From assembly GCA_964035545.1 (NCBI GenBank), contig OZ037767.1:18320259-18384258 (forward strand): a stretch of 64,000 bases of DNA, written 5' to 3'. This DNA is from Bugula neritina. Its lineage: Eukaryota > Animalia > Bryozoa. Position numbers and translations under genes: made by a program. Of the stretch, positions 26,331-38,806 are shown piece after piece. The first letter of the stretch is position 1. Each line of letters begins with the position of its first letter. The notes below the pieces were generated by a model, which was not told the origin of the DNA, ran no database searches, and saw only the letters and a list, made by a program, of their open reading frames with translations.

Positions 26331-26844
26331 CTGTGCCAGGGAGATACTCCTGGCCGTTTGCCAATATTTCACTAAGGTTATACTGTTAGCTTTTGCAGTT
26401 TGTTCAGAAAGTTTTTGGTCTTTTGTTATTTGTTTTTTGGCTGGTACAAGAAACTCTTTTATTTTTATTATGATTGTTATTGGTTTCACTTGCCAGGAAA
26501 AGGTTAAAAAGGGCTGATATTTCTGAGTGCTGTTGTAATGTTGAATTCTTTGTTTTTGTTGATATTGCATATTTAAAAGTTACTTATATATATGTTTTTG
26601 TACAGCATGTACTTATTTTCTTGTATAGATTACAAGACAAAAAAAGCAATAAGTTCAGAGATTAGGGATATTGCTTTCTGCTCGTTGCTAATCAACCCAA
26701 AAAACCATTCCTGGCACAATTACAGCATGTTGCATTATTCTATGGTATACATGTTAAAATGTATTACAATATATTGCATTATAATATTACAGTGTATTAC
26801 AGTGCATTATATCTTCTTACAGTGCATTACTTTAAAAAAATGGA

Positions 26845-27660
26845 TTGTGAATAGAGAAACATGAAACATGAAACATGAGCGACAGAATGGTAGGGTGGCG
26901 TAAGAGCCTGAAAAATACAACATTGATATTGCTGCCCTCTGTAAGAGCTGTTTAGCACTCTTAAGTAGCTTGATAGATAACAAGTACACCCCCTTTAGAG
27001 TGGGAAAGAGAGCAAGACATAAGAGAAGCTGGAATTTGATTTGCCATCAGAAACTCCATTGCAGCGCAATTACATCAAGATTCTATGCTGGTGTGTGATC
27101 GAATAATGTTTCTTACCGTAGCAGAGGGATGGTTTCTTATATATTATCAGTTATTATGCATTTACCATGACAAACTTTGAAGAAACCAAGGAGGTTTTCT
27201 ATAGCCAATTAACAGACATTGTGCAAAAGGTACCCCGAGATGATAAGCTGCTAGTGGTAGGAGCTTTGAATGCAAGGGTTGGTAGTGATCACGGAAGCTG
27301 GCCAAGGGTGATTGGTTATCACGGTTAGAAAAGTATAATTCAAATGGCCAACTACTATTGGCCTTCTGCTCAGAACAGAACCTGGGCATCACTAACACCA
27401 TCTTCAAACACAAAGATTATTATAAGACAACCTGGATGCATCTATGCACTGACATCCGCTAGATTATTTGTTGACAAGGCAAAAAAACCAAAATGATGTT
27501 TTAAATGGGCAAGCTGCGCAATTGGAAATTAAAAAATGAGCTAGAACAGAAAAAGAATGAAAAGATAGAAGGGCGCACAAATCAAGGAGAAGTCACTAAA
27601 CAGTGAGAAACATTGCAGAGTGTGGCATACAAGACAGCAGATGAGATACTTGGCAGACCT
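26845..27660 (+). pseudogene. Decayed RTE-clade LINE apurinic endonuclease fragment
   Basis: YNIDIAAL, ETKEVFYSQL, NARVGSDH, NSNGQLLLAFCSEQNLGITNTIFKHKDYYKTTWMH, spread across frameshifts. Confidence 0.8.
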
Positions 27661-28302
27661 CTGTTTTGTAATAGTTACCTGTCCTGTAGTGTCAACCTGT
27701 TCTGGAGTATCAACCTGTCCTGTAGTGTCAACCTGACTATTGGGACAATTTTTGAGGCAGTAAACTATAATGGTAGACATAACCTTGAAGCTTATAAAAT
27801 TTCAATTGTGCAATGTATTATAACTGATTGCAAATCTGTGAAAAGACATGAAGAAAGCGATAGTGCATGTTTAAGCATTAGTCTGGCATCTGTTCTAGCT
27901 TGTTCAATATTTAACCTTTTATCAAAAAGCTTATTAATAGAAACTCTGCATGTGTACATTAATTTTGTTAATGAATCAATTCAATTAAGTAATTAGTTTG
28001 AATTACATAACTTTGAAGAATATATATATTAACAAGATGGTTGAAATTTATAGGCTATATTGTTTAGAAAAAAAGTTGAAGCACTGCTATAGATTTTTGT
28101 AAATTTATGTACTTTGCATTTGTCTTCTCTTATTATAATTACAAGTTAGGTACTTTTAATTGTGTTCTCCTGTTCCTTATATCAACAATTCATTATATAT
28201 CAGTTTTGATCGGTTTTGTGTTTAAGGGCTAGATATACGGAATATATAATACAAATAATCAATAATTTTATTTAGTTATAAACAAATTAAACATCAACAT
28301 AA

Positions 28303-28699
28303 TGTAGAGAATTATAGTATATTAGAAAGGCAACTCCCTGCTTATACTCTGTATCCTAACGTGCATCATCTCTAATGCACTTGGCCTGGTTATGTATGTT
28401 TTACGATACTATCGACGCTACGAACAATGGAATGGATAATATATATATCGATGATTGGATGGGGTGGGGCCAATTAGATAAGCTGACTAGTAGCGTGTTT
28501 GGACAGTGCGCAGTTGAATTGTAGCAGTAGACTAGTTAAGTTGTGCTTATACTATTGTGCGAATATGTGACGCTTATCTTTTGTATACTTAGCTTCATTC
28601 TTATATCATTCGCATAAATAAACCATATTTTTACTCCAAGTCGGCAGTATTGATTTAGCTTTAAATACCCTTAATTAGTGATAGCACAAAATCACAAAA
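28303..28699 (+). mobile_element. Solo LTR related to the Gypsy LTRs at 30-37 kb and 45-52 kb
   Basis: Starts TGTAGAGAA, contains AATAAA, and ends ...GCTTTAAATACCCCTTAATTAGTGA...CACAAAA, resembling those LTR ends. 4-bp TSD ATAA on both sides. Confidence 0.75.
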
Positions 28700-28721
28700 A
28701 TAAACCAATGTGATATACTAA

Positions 28722-28724
<3 letters not shown>

Positions 28725-28785
<61 letters not shown>
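28725..28785. repeat. (AT)n microsatellite
   Basis: About 30 AT units. Confidence 0.98.
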
Positions 28786-28789
<4 letters not shown>

Positions 28790-28906
28790 CTGCTATGGCA
28801 GTCAATCATGTTTTAAGTGTGTCTGCTTTGTCATATTTTCTATTCAGAAAAAGCTGCAATGACAATGTTCTGGTAGTGTGTATGTATACTGCCCGGCATG
28901 CACAGT

Positions 28907-31900
28907 CTAAAAAATGCCAGTGACCTCTTCTATCTTAGTACTAGAGCACCATCCTTTAGGTCTGTTTGCCGTCCTTCGAGACATGAGAGTATCATTCTTA
29001 GACAAATGCACCAGGTACCTGTTTGTTGGTACAGATTTTGGTCTGGCAACTGAAACATAATTACTATTAAGAACTTGTTTAGGCACTTGAGTTCCAGATA
29101 GAGGTCGAATGCGATACTTGTTAAATGCAGCAGCTAGTGGTTTGATTTGCTCTGCCATGTCTCTGCTTGGTCTGAGATCTCTTATTGTAACTCTGCTATT
29201 CCTTAGAATGCCATATCTCCTGTAGAGGTCAGTGCGACTGCAAGCTGCTTTGCTTAGGTTAGAAGTGTCAGACTTTTCCTTTTGTGTTTTATGATTCTTG
29301 ATTATTTGACCTTGAGCTGAAGCTCTCACCTTCCTCCATCCCCAATCAATCTTTTTTTCTTTATCTGTTGGTTCTTAGCAAAAAAATTCAAAGCAGCAAT
29401 ATTGAGAGATTTATATGTTGTATATAACTATATGTTTTAGCTTTAGTGTTGTCAAATAAATATTTATAATTATGAGAAGACTACAACAAAAAACAATATT
29501 TTTTTTTCATCATTTAAATCTAAGAAAGTAATTATCACAAAGGTTATCCATGGCAGACTGTTGAAATACTTTGAGCTAAGAATTTAGTTTTGTAAAAATT
29601 GATATATACATAATTCTTACCTTTACTATTCAATTTTTCAGAGCTCACATTGCTACCAAATTTTTTTGAACCGGTTGGTGATATCTTCATTTCTAAAGAA
29701 TAAACCAGTTATATGCATGTGAAGTATTGTTGCAGTTTTGTACACGACAAGTTGTGGATCTTATTGTGTGTTGCTAGTTACTGCGTCCTGCTGTGAGGTT
29801 GTGTAAGTTAAAAAGAAAAAAGTTAAAAAGACTGTACATAAGTCGATAAAAGAAATAAACAAGTGTCACAGTAACTACATAAGTTAGCCTACTAGCTGCT
29901 AGTACAGTCCTCGTGTGTCAGTGGGTGCCGGAAGGTGTAGTTTATATGCAGAAAATTCACACTGATTAGTTGACCTATATTCCACCTTTTATTGTCTATA
30001 TCAATTGGCGAGGTATTTATATTACGTCGTCCTAATGCTTACATTTGCGACCGATGCCTTACATTTGCAGCAGATCGACTATCGTGATAGCTGACAGCAG
30101 TAATGTGTAGCGCCTCTAATACACTCGACCTATTAACGTACACATTACTACACTACCCACGTAAGCTCTGAACAAAGAAAGGGACTAACTAGTTTGTTCT
30201 AGTTGATTTATAGCGCGCTTGAATAGCGAGCAGTTTGACAGTGGAATTAATTTAGTTAGGTTGCGTTCTACTGTATGCTATTATGTAGTGTGCTTTTATT
30301 ATTTGTGTATAGTTTTACTTGTGTATTTTTTGACTTCAATAAACACTTTGTATTCTATTTTAACTTGGCAGTGTTGAATTAACTTTAAATAGCCTATAAT
30401 TAGTGAATGCATAAATTCACAACAGTGGTGGCAGCGGTGGGATTAATTTAAAGCCAATGCTCTTAGCCAAGGAGTAGCAGAGATGGGCGACAAAGAAGAC
30501 ATACTCCGTCTAGAGCAAGTCGAGTCGGCAGCAAATGAGGATGTCATAGGCGACCCAGCGCTGTCTATGAACAGGTATCATTTGCAGGCTCCGATCTTCT
30601 CAGGAGAAAATGTGGAGAAATTTATCACTGAGTTCAGCAATGTGGCAGCCATCTGTCAATGACCTGCCAGGGTTAATCTGATCCAGCCAAATGTGTGCCT
30701 GACGAGATTGGCCAAACCTTATAGTATTGGCCAGGATGTCGGCGACATCTTTGATGCGTTGAGAGCCCGGTTTAGACTCACTGCTCAAGATGCGCGTGTG
30801 CAACTCCAAGTGCTTAGGAAAAATCCTAAAGCTACCTTGCGAGAGCACGCAACTGTAGTGGAGCAGCTAGCACAAGTGGCGTAAAGTCACTTGCCTGCAA
30901 ATGGCCGGCAAAGTTTAGCACTAGATATTTTTCTCCAGTCGATTAACAACTAGGGCTTAAAACAGCATTTGGTGGTAGCCGAAGTTGAAACGATAGAGAG
31001 AGCTTTTCGGTTTGGGAATGCATATTTCTAAGCTGACAGTACGTGCCTGCCTGGGGCGACTGTACAGCAAGTACGGTTGTGAGGGGGTCTGCGACGTTTA
31101 GTGGACAGCCAATTGACATCTCGGTCCTGCTCCCACTTTTTGTACGCCTCCTCATCAGGCAACCCTTCAAAGTGGTTTTTGAGTGGCCAAGCCGAAGCTC
31201 AAGGCAAACCTTCTAGTCTGCTAACTCTTTGTGGGGCTTGCCAGTTTGGCGGAGGCGGCCTTCTCACCCGGTTGGGTTTAGGCCTCAGAGAGCTAAACCG
31301 AGGACCAAGGTAAACGGAGTCTACTTGGCCGACGACAACGTGTCACCGTCCTCGACCAAGTTGGCTGTACACATTGCCGCGGCAGCAGCCAACTGGCTAA
31401 ACCACAAGCCTGGTTCGCGAGCTGCTGGTCGAAATCAGGCATCTCCGCCAACAGTCTGCAGTTGAGCGACCCACTAGGTCGCCGACAGCTGCTGTCGGCA
31501 GGCGAACCCCTGTGTTTTGAGGTTGTGGTGGTGGTTGGCATCTCCTGAGGAGCTGCCCCCACGGTAGGAGAAAACAGTTAAATGACAATGGCCCACGATA
31601 GACTCTGCCAACCGTGGGCCACGGTTTAACCCTCTGAGGCCCAAACCCAACTGAGTGAAGAGGCCGCTTTCGCCAGAATGGCAAGCCTCACGGAGAGTTA
31701 GCAGACTGCAAGGTTTGCCTTGACCTCTGGCTTGGCCACTCAAAAACCGCTTTGAAAGGTTGCTTAATGAGGGGCGTACAAAAAGTAAGAACAGGACCGA
31801 GATGTCACTCGGCTGCCAACTAAACCTCGCAGACGCCCTCGCAACCAAAAAGCACCAGTGCATTCCCGACTTCATGCGCATGAGGTGTCACCTCCAGAAA

Positions 31901-34900
31901 CAAATTGCTCAGTGAGCGCCCAGCCATATGGAAGCAGCCGGTAAGCTTGTCAGCAAAGCTGTAACATTCCTGTTAGATACTGGGTGTGCTACAAATCTCC
32001 TGAGCCAGCGTCTTTTTAACACACTCAATGCAAAAAACAGGCGAACCTGGAGCCATATGAAGGAGAACACGGCACGTTGGCGGGCAGGTCCTGTATCTCT
32101 TTTTCTATGGAGTGATAGAGTTGACTGGTAGAGTCTGTGATCAGGTGATCAGCAAAACTTTCATTGTCAGTCAGCTTAAGGAGGATGCCATCCTGGGAAT
32201 CCAATTCCTAAAGCGACAGAAGTGCCACATCGATTTTGGCAAGTCGGCGTTGATAATGGCGAGGCGTGAGCTTGCTTGCGTGGATAGGTTTGGCAGACCC
32301 TTGGTGGAAAGAGGGCAGGGCTGTACTGTTTCTGGGCAGTCTCAAACTACGGTTTGCTGCAGAGTGAATTGTAGAGACATCTCGCTAACGGTCCGAACAG
32401 GCTAGATGAGCGTAGAGTTGTCGGCTAGTTCGCTAGTGGGGAAGTTCCGCTCTGTGCAGGAGGAGGATGTAGGGCCTGCCATGGAGACAGCGGAGGAGGC
32501 CCGTAGAGTACCCACTAGGAACGGTAAGGGGCCTGTACATGAACACTTGGTAGATTTGTACGGAGATGCCTGTGATGGCTGTGAGAGGAAGCGAGAACGC
32601 CTGGTAGTGGCGCAGGGACTCTTTGAATACAAAGATGTGTTCAGTTGCGGTGATTGTGATATGGGTCTGACCAAAGCTGTCTGTCATGAGATACCCCTGG
32701 CGGCGGAGACGGGGCCTATTAGGCAGCCGGCCTGCTGGCTAGGTCCTTAGAAGGAAAAGTAAGTGAGCCGACAGGTGCAAGACCTTCTGAACCGAGACCT
32801 GATTGAGCCAGCACATAGTGCTTGGAGCTCTCCAGTTGTCTTGGTTCTAAAAAAATGGGAGCTAGCGGTTTTGCCTGGATTATGGCAAACTGAACATCGT
32901 GATCATCCAGGACACTTACCTTCTTCCTGAGATTGATGAGTCACCACATGCCTTAGCTGGTAGCAAGTTCTGCAGTACACTGGATTTGTTGAGCCGGTAT
33001 TGGTAAGTGCCCTTGTGTCCTGATGCACAGGACAAGGCTGTGTTTATTAAGCGGGACGGACTCTGAAAGTAAAAGGTGCTGCCGTTCGGACTTACGTCTA
33101 CACTTTCCACCTTTCAGTGACTCATGGAGCAGGTCCTGAGTGAGCTACACTAAAAGATTTTGATCATCTACCTCGATGATGTCAACATCATCTTCCCCGA
33201 CTTTGCCACTCATGTCAATCGGCTCAGAGAGGTTGTTTGACAGACTTCGAGCTGTTGGTTTGAAGCTCAGGTCTGAAGCCCTCCAAGTGTACATTGCTGC
33301 AACAAGAAATTAGGTACCTGGGCCACATAGTTAGCCGAGACGGGGTCACCACCTACCCCAAGAAGGTACGGTCTGTGAGGAACTGGGCCGTCCCTGTCGA
33401 CCTCCCTGAATTGCGAGCATTTCTGAGGTTGGTAGGTTACTATAGACAGTACATACCCGACTTTGCAGAAATTGGTCAGCCGTTAAACCGGCCGACAGCA
33501 AAAGAAGTCTGTTGGCAGTGAACGTATGCAGAACAGCAGGCATTTGAGCACTTCAAAGATCGCTTTGTGGAGGCGCCCATCTTGGCGTACCCCGATCCGG
33601 CGAAGGAGTACATTCTGGACACTGATGCGAGCGACCACAATGTGGGAGCTGTGCTGTCTCAGGTCTAGAATGGTCCCGAGGTGGTGGTCGCTTACTACAG
33701 TGAAGCTCTGTCAGCCCCTGAAAGGAAATGCTACACAACCAGGAAAAAGCTCCCGGCGGTAGTCAAGGCGGTCAAGCACTTTAGACAATATCTGTATGGG
33801 CGTACGTTCAGACTACGAACAGATCACACGTCCTTGATATGGTTGTGTCAATGAGCTGAACCCTTTAGCCATGTAGTGCGCTGGTTTGAAATCCTGGCTG
33901 AGTTTTCATACCGGATCGAGCATCGACCAGATAAGAAACACGGTAATGCTGATGAATTAAGCCGCCGCCGGGCAGAGAAGTGTAAGTAATGCCAGAACAT
34001 TGCGTGCAGGAATGGTGGACCCTTTTCTTCGAACATGGAGAAGCAAATAAAAAGAGCAGATGTATACAGCTGGAAGGAAGGAAAACTCTGGTCTGAGCCC
34101 TCCTCTAAAGCTGTCAACAACCTCCATGCAAACCCTACACTACTCTGGAACGTAAGGGAGCTGTATAGGCTCCAAGCTACGCTACCTGGGGTGCTACCCA
34201 ACTTAGTCCAAGCCAAGAAGGAGGGACGGGGGCCTAGCGATGCCAAACAGTGGGTCAAGTGTTCAGAATTCAAGTATGTCTGCGACCGTTGGGACTCCCT
34301 CCAGTTTAATGGTGATTGGTTGTTAACGATAACGTTGGCAACCGGTGTGAATCACCAGGAGCGGGAGAGGGTAGTCTGCCTGTTTGCTCTCCGCCGAGAG
34401 CTGATCTGGAAAACCCATAAGCAAGCTCATGCTGGAGCTGGGCGGGTGACTCGGTGTCTTCAGCTCCCATGGTACTGGCCCGGTCTGACCCAGGATGTCC
34501 GACTCCGGGTGTGGAAGTGTGAGATATGCCAAGCTAGTAAGCATGGCTGCTTCACTGAGACTGCAGGAAGGCGCCGCCTACATGCCGGTCGCTCGTGGCA
34601 GATAGTTTCTGTAGATCTGGTGGGCCCCATGCTCACGTCTGTGAAAGGTAATAACTGGATACTGGTATTATCTAACCACTTTACGCGGTGGGCAAATGCT
34701 CTGGCTATCTCAGATGCGTCGGCTCCCACGGTGGTCAAGGCCTTGGATCAGCATGTGTTCTGTTATGTTGGTTTGCCGGAGCAAATACATTTTGATCAAG
34801 GTGCCCAGTTTCAGTCGCAACTTATGAGTAATCTCTGCAAGATGTGGGGTTTAATCAAAGCCGGCGACCCCATATCACCCACAAGTAAATGGGGTTGTGG

Positions 34901-37621
34901 AGCGGAACAACCATATATTAGGCCATTCTCTGAAAAGTCTACTACTGGGTAAGAGTCAGAAAGATAGGGACTTGATGCTACTGCAAATCATGCGCGCCTA
35001 CCGAGTACTCCTCACTCTAGCACACTGGAGACCCCCTCACTTTCTCCTGCTCGGTAGAGAAACACGAGTTCCTGGGCACTTAACTTAACATTTTCTGGCT
35101 TCAGAGAGCAACGTCCATGAGTACGTGGACAAGCTCATTACTGCATGAGGACGGTTCACGAGGTGTTTTGTGAGCAGCAATGGCAGTTAAGGGGTGGCGA
35201 CTCTGAAGACCCTTCTTTGTATAAGGCGGGAGGCTGGGTCTAGATGACCAGTCGCCGGCGGCAGTGTGGACAGGCAGCCAAGTTACAGTCGAAGTTCATG
35301 GATCCTTCTTGCGTGACGGAGGTGATGCCAAATCACACGTATAAAGTGGAACGTTCTGGCCAAGTTTCAGTCCAAAACGAAGTACAACTGAAGCCGTACC
35401 GGTCGAGTCCTGATGCAGAAGGGTAGGCCCCTCTCTTTCTAGAACCTATGCGCCGTCTGACCATAAGGGGGACAAGGTAGGGTCGACAGAGGGTTGGAGG
35501 TGGTGCTGCAAGATCAGGAAGGAGCGACCAGCCCCGGCCGCCCCCACCTCCGGAAGAGGCAGTTGAGGAGCCGGAAGACCGATTCAGGCTGGCCCCGTCA
35601 TCAGTGGAGCCAGCCGACACACCTGTCGTTCCTGATGAGATGGAAACTCTTCAAATTCATGAGGAGGAGGTAGCTAGAGAGGAACCACCCGTACAAGTGG
35701 AAACCCCACACTGGAGACCCCACCCTTGGTGGTAGAGTCACCAGTGGCAGCAGCCCCCCCCCCCCAGTACAGTTGGAACATAGTCAAGGTACTAGAGCTC
35801 CACCATTTTTTTAAAGGACTTCTTGTGTGACTTAGTTGACTTGCATATTATTCTGTAATTTGTCAATCAACACAAAAAAATCTGGGGGGCAGCAATTGGG
35901 AGTTGTACTCCCCCATTGACGTACAGATTAGGTCAGCTGGGGGGTCAGCAGAGGCAAAGCTAGCCATCGGGGGAGAGTTATTGCATCATCCCTCTCACCG
36001 CGTAGAAAGCCTTTTCCAATTGTAACTGTCAAAGCGTGAGCACACACTTGTGACAGCTGGCAACTACGGAGCTTCAAGTAGACGGTAGGGCTAGCATAGC
36101 GATTGTCTTATGGAAAGTCTACTAGTGAAATTCTTCTATTTAGGTATAGTTTAGACTAGTAGCCAATTAAGGTCTCGATCTGTCATACGAATAAGGCTGG
36201 AGCTCCTGATGTCAGTGATTTCACTGGCGGATGATTTATGGAAATCAGGAGGGTCATTGGTTGCTCGACTCGGTCGCAGTGCTGTACTGACTAAGTGGAG
36301 TCTCCTACAACAGAAGCTGGGTGCTCTGTTGTAGGTGAAACTGTTCGAGGTGGAGGAACTAGAAGACCTGCCACCACCAGCCACGCATTCACCTCCCTCA
36401 ACCTCTTCTCTCTGACAGTTATGGACAAATATGCCGACATGTGATTAGTTCGTATCAGCTTTCGTTATATAGAGCAGGTAGCTGACGTGAGCGGGTCGGC
36501 AGTGCGGCCATGTTATGTTTCTCTGCCTTGTCACATGATTTCAATATTTTATCGATAGTGCTCTTGGTAGCTACATTTCTGTTCTGTACTTTCATTTATA
36601 TTGTATTATTTTATGCTATTTACTTTAGTGTATTTCTGTATTATTGTGTTTCACGCTACTACTTTGTCTTTTGCAATTCGTCAATTACGCGCCGGCAAGG
36701 ACACGTGCTACTTTCTTTGTCTTTCCTCTCTGGAGCCTGTACTATCCTCCATAACGTCACGGAGACCCAGAACCTAGGCTTTCTTCTCCCCCCTCCCCTC
36801 ATCATACCATCGTAGTGATCCGAAACCTGGACTTTCCTTCAATTCTTCCAGGAGCGCTGCAACCGGGTGCTTTTCGATAGGTCGGGGGAATGCAAGAAGT
36901 TGTGCTCCTGTGTATATTGAAAAGACAACTCCATCTTACTTCTACTTGAATATGCATCATTGCACAATGCCTATATTTGCAGCAGATCAACTATCGTGAT
37001 AGCTGACAACCGTAATGTGTAGCGTCTCTAATACACTCGGCCTATCAACGTATACATTACTACACTACCCACGTACGCTCTGAACAAAGAAAGGGACTGA
37101 CTAGTCTAATTTAGTTGATTGATAGCGCGCTTGGATAGCCGCAGTTGGACAGTGGCATTGATTTAGTTAGGTTGCCTTATACTGCATGCAGTTATGTAGT
37201 TTGCTTTTATTATTTGTGTATAGTTTTGCTTGTGTATCTTTTGACTCGAATAAACACCTTGTATTCTACTTTAACTTGGCAGTGTAGCATTAACTTTAAA
37301 ATACCCAATAATTAGTGAATGCATAAATTTACAACATTATTTGTATTTACATTCCACAATTAGAGTTTGATTCAATTATGCAACACGTTAACTTGATATA
37401 ACATTTTTAAATAAAAGATAGCTGACGTGGCGCAAAACCAGTTCCTAAGCCGAAGAGAATTTGGAAGTTTGCAAAACATTCTATGTAATGTCATTACTAA
37501 TGATGTCTTACATACCTTCTGCTGTTGCTTGATGAGCCGCACTCGGAGGTCGAGCTGTAGTAATACTCTTCGAAAAGCTTATTTCTTTGCTGATAATGGA
37601 AGAGTTGAGTAATCGTATGTG
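28907..37621 (-). CDS. Candidate spliced coding exons of unknown function: 37621-37516, 29692-29621, 29373-28907
   Basis: AG/GT boundaries with compatible phases give HIRLLNSS...ATAE-EMKISPTG...NSK-EPTDKEKKIDWGWRK...TGIF*. No domain recognised and the 5' end is unresolved. Confidence 0.45.
30054..37336 (+). mobile_element. Decayed Ty3/Gypsy element
   Basis: 5' LTR remnant 30054-30424, PBS TGGTGGCAGCGGTGGGATT (30426-30444, tRNA-Leu), gag, protease FLLDTGC, RT YLDD, RH DTDAS, integrase VDLVGP/HFDQG, PPT GGGGGAA, 3' LTR 36891-37336. Many stops, and the LTRs are visibly diverged. Confidence 0.93.
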
Positions 37622-38806
37622 CTGAGTAAACATACACCAGGCTAATGGTTGATGACTAGCAGCTAAACGTAATATACAATAGTGTAATATTATATACAGT
37701 AATATAGTATTATATATACAATAATGCAATATTATATAAGTATTATATAATATATATCATATATATGCATATATGTATAGTAATATAATGCTACGTATAC
37801 TTAGTAATACAATATTATATACAGTAACATAACATTATATACGGTAATTTGTTGTTATATACAGTAGTAGAATGTTTTATACAGTAATAGAATATCAAGT
37901 ACAGTAATATATTATATACAGGAATAAAGTGTTATATAGAGTATTGTATTATTATATACAGTTGTATAATATTATATAGTCATATACTTGACTGATAAAA
38001 GTTCTATGCTGAAATTGCTCACTACATTACTTATATGGAACTTTTAGTAGAATCAATTCATTTAATATTGATTGCACTTAAATTTTACTGAGTCATTTCC
38101 TATAAGCTTTTTTGCTTGTTTTTAGCCATCCTGGGTAAGAATTTCTCCATATAATATTAATTTCTTACCCTTATGATAGTAACACAGAGAGAGAGAATGA
38201 ACCTACCCCTGCCAATATCATCCATGTTGACCACACATATGTGCAGCAACACTTTCTAGCTAGAGACTCAATGTGCTGGTGTGAAGCTGCTCTAGTAAAA
38301 TGATGAATTGAGCTGAGACAGCTGGGCCATAATGGAAACCATTTATAGTGTTAATAAGTAAAATGCATTAATTCTGTTTACCAACCCATTTAGTTTGAAT
38401 TGTGTTTGGCTAAATTTTATTGTCAAGTAGAATAAAAGATTAGATATTAAAACAGCATTGCTTTAAACAAACACATATTAGACTTCAAGTAACATACACT
38501 ACAGGGTGAACAGCAGTGAATGATAAAAAGCATAACCAGCTGCCAATGTTGAGCCAAGAACATAGTATATATACACTATCCAATATATTATGTGTAATAT
38601 ATCCTATATATTATATACAATATCTAATATAGTATACACAATATCCAATATAGTATGCGAAATATATCCAATATATTATATACAATATCCAATATAATAT
38701 ATACAGTATCCAATATAGTATATATATACAACATACAATATAGTATATACAATATACAATATTCAATATAGTATATATACAATGTCCAATACACAAACAA
38801 AGCTTG

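Noticed and set aside
29728-29879. Possible short solo LTR (TGTTGCAG...TAACTACA with AATAAA)
   Set aside because: No TSD and no second copy in the window.
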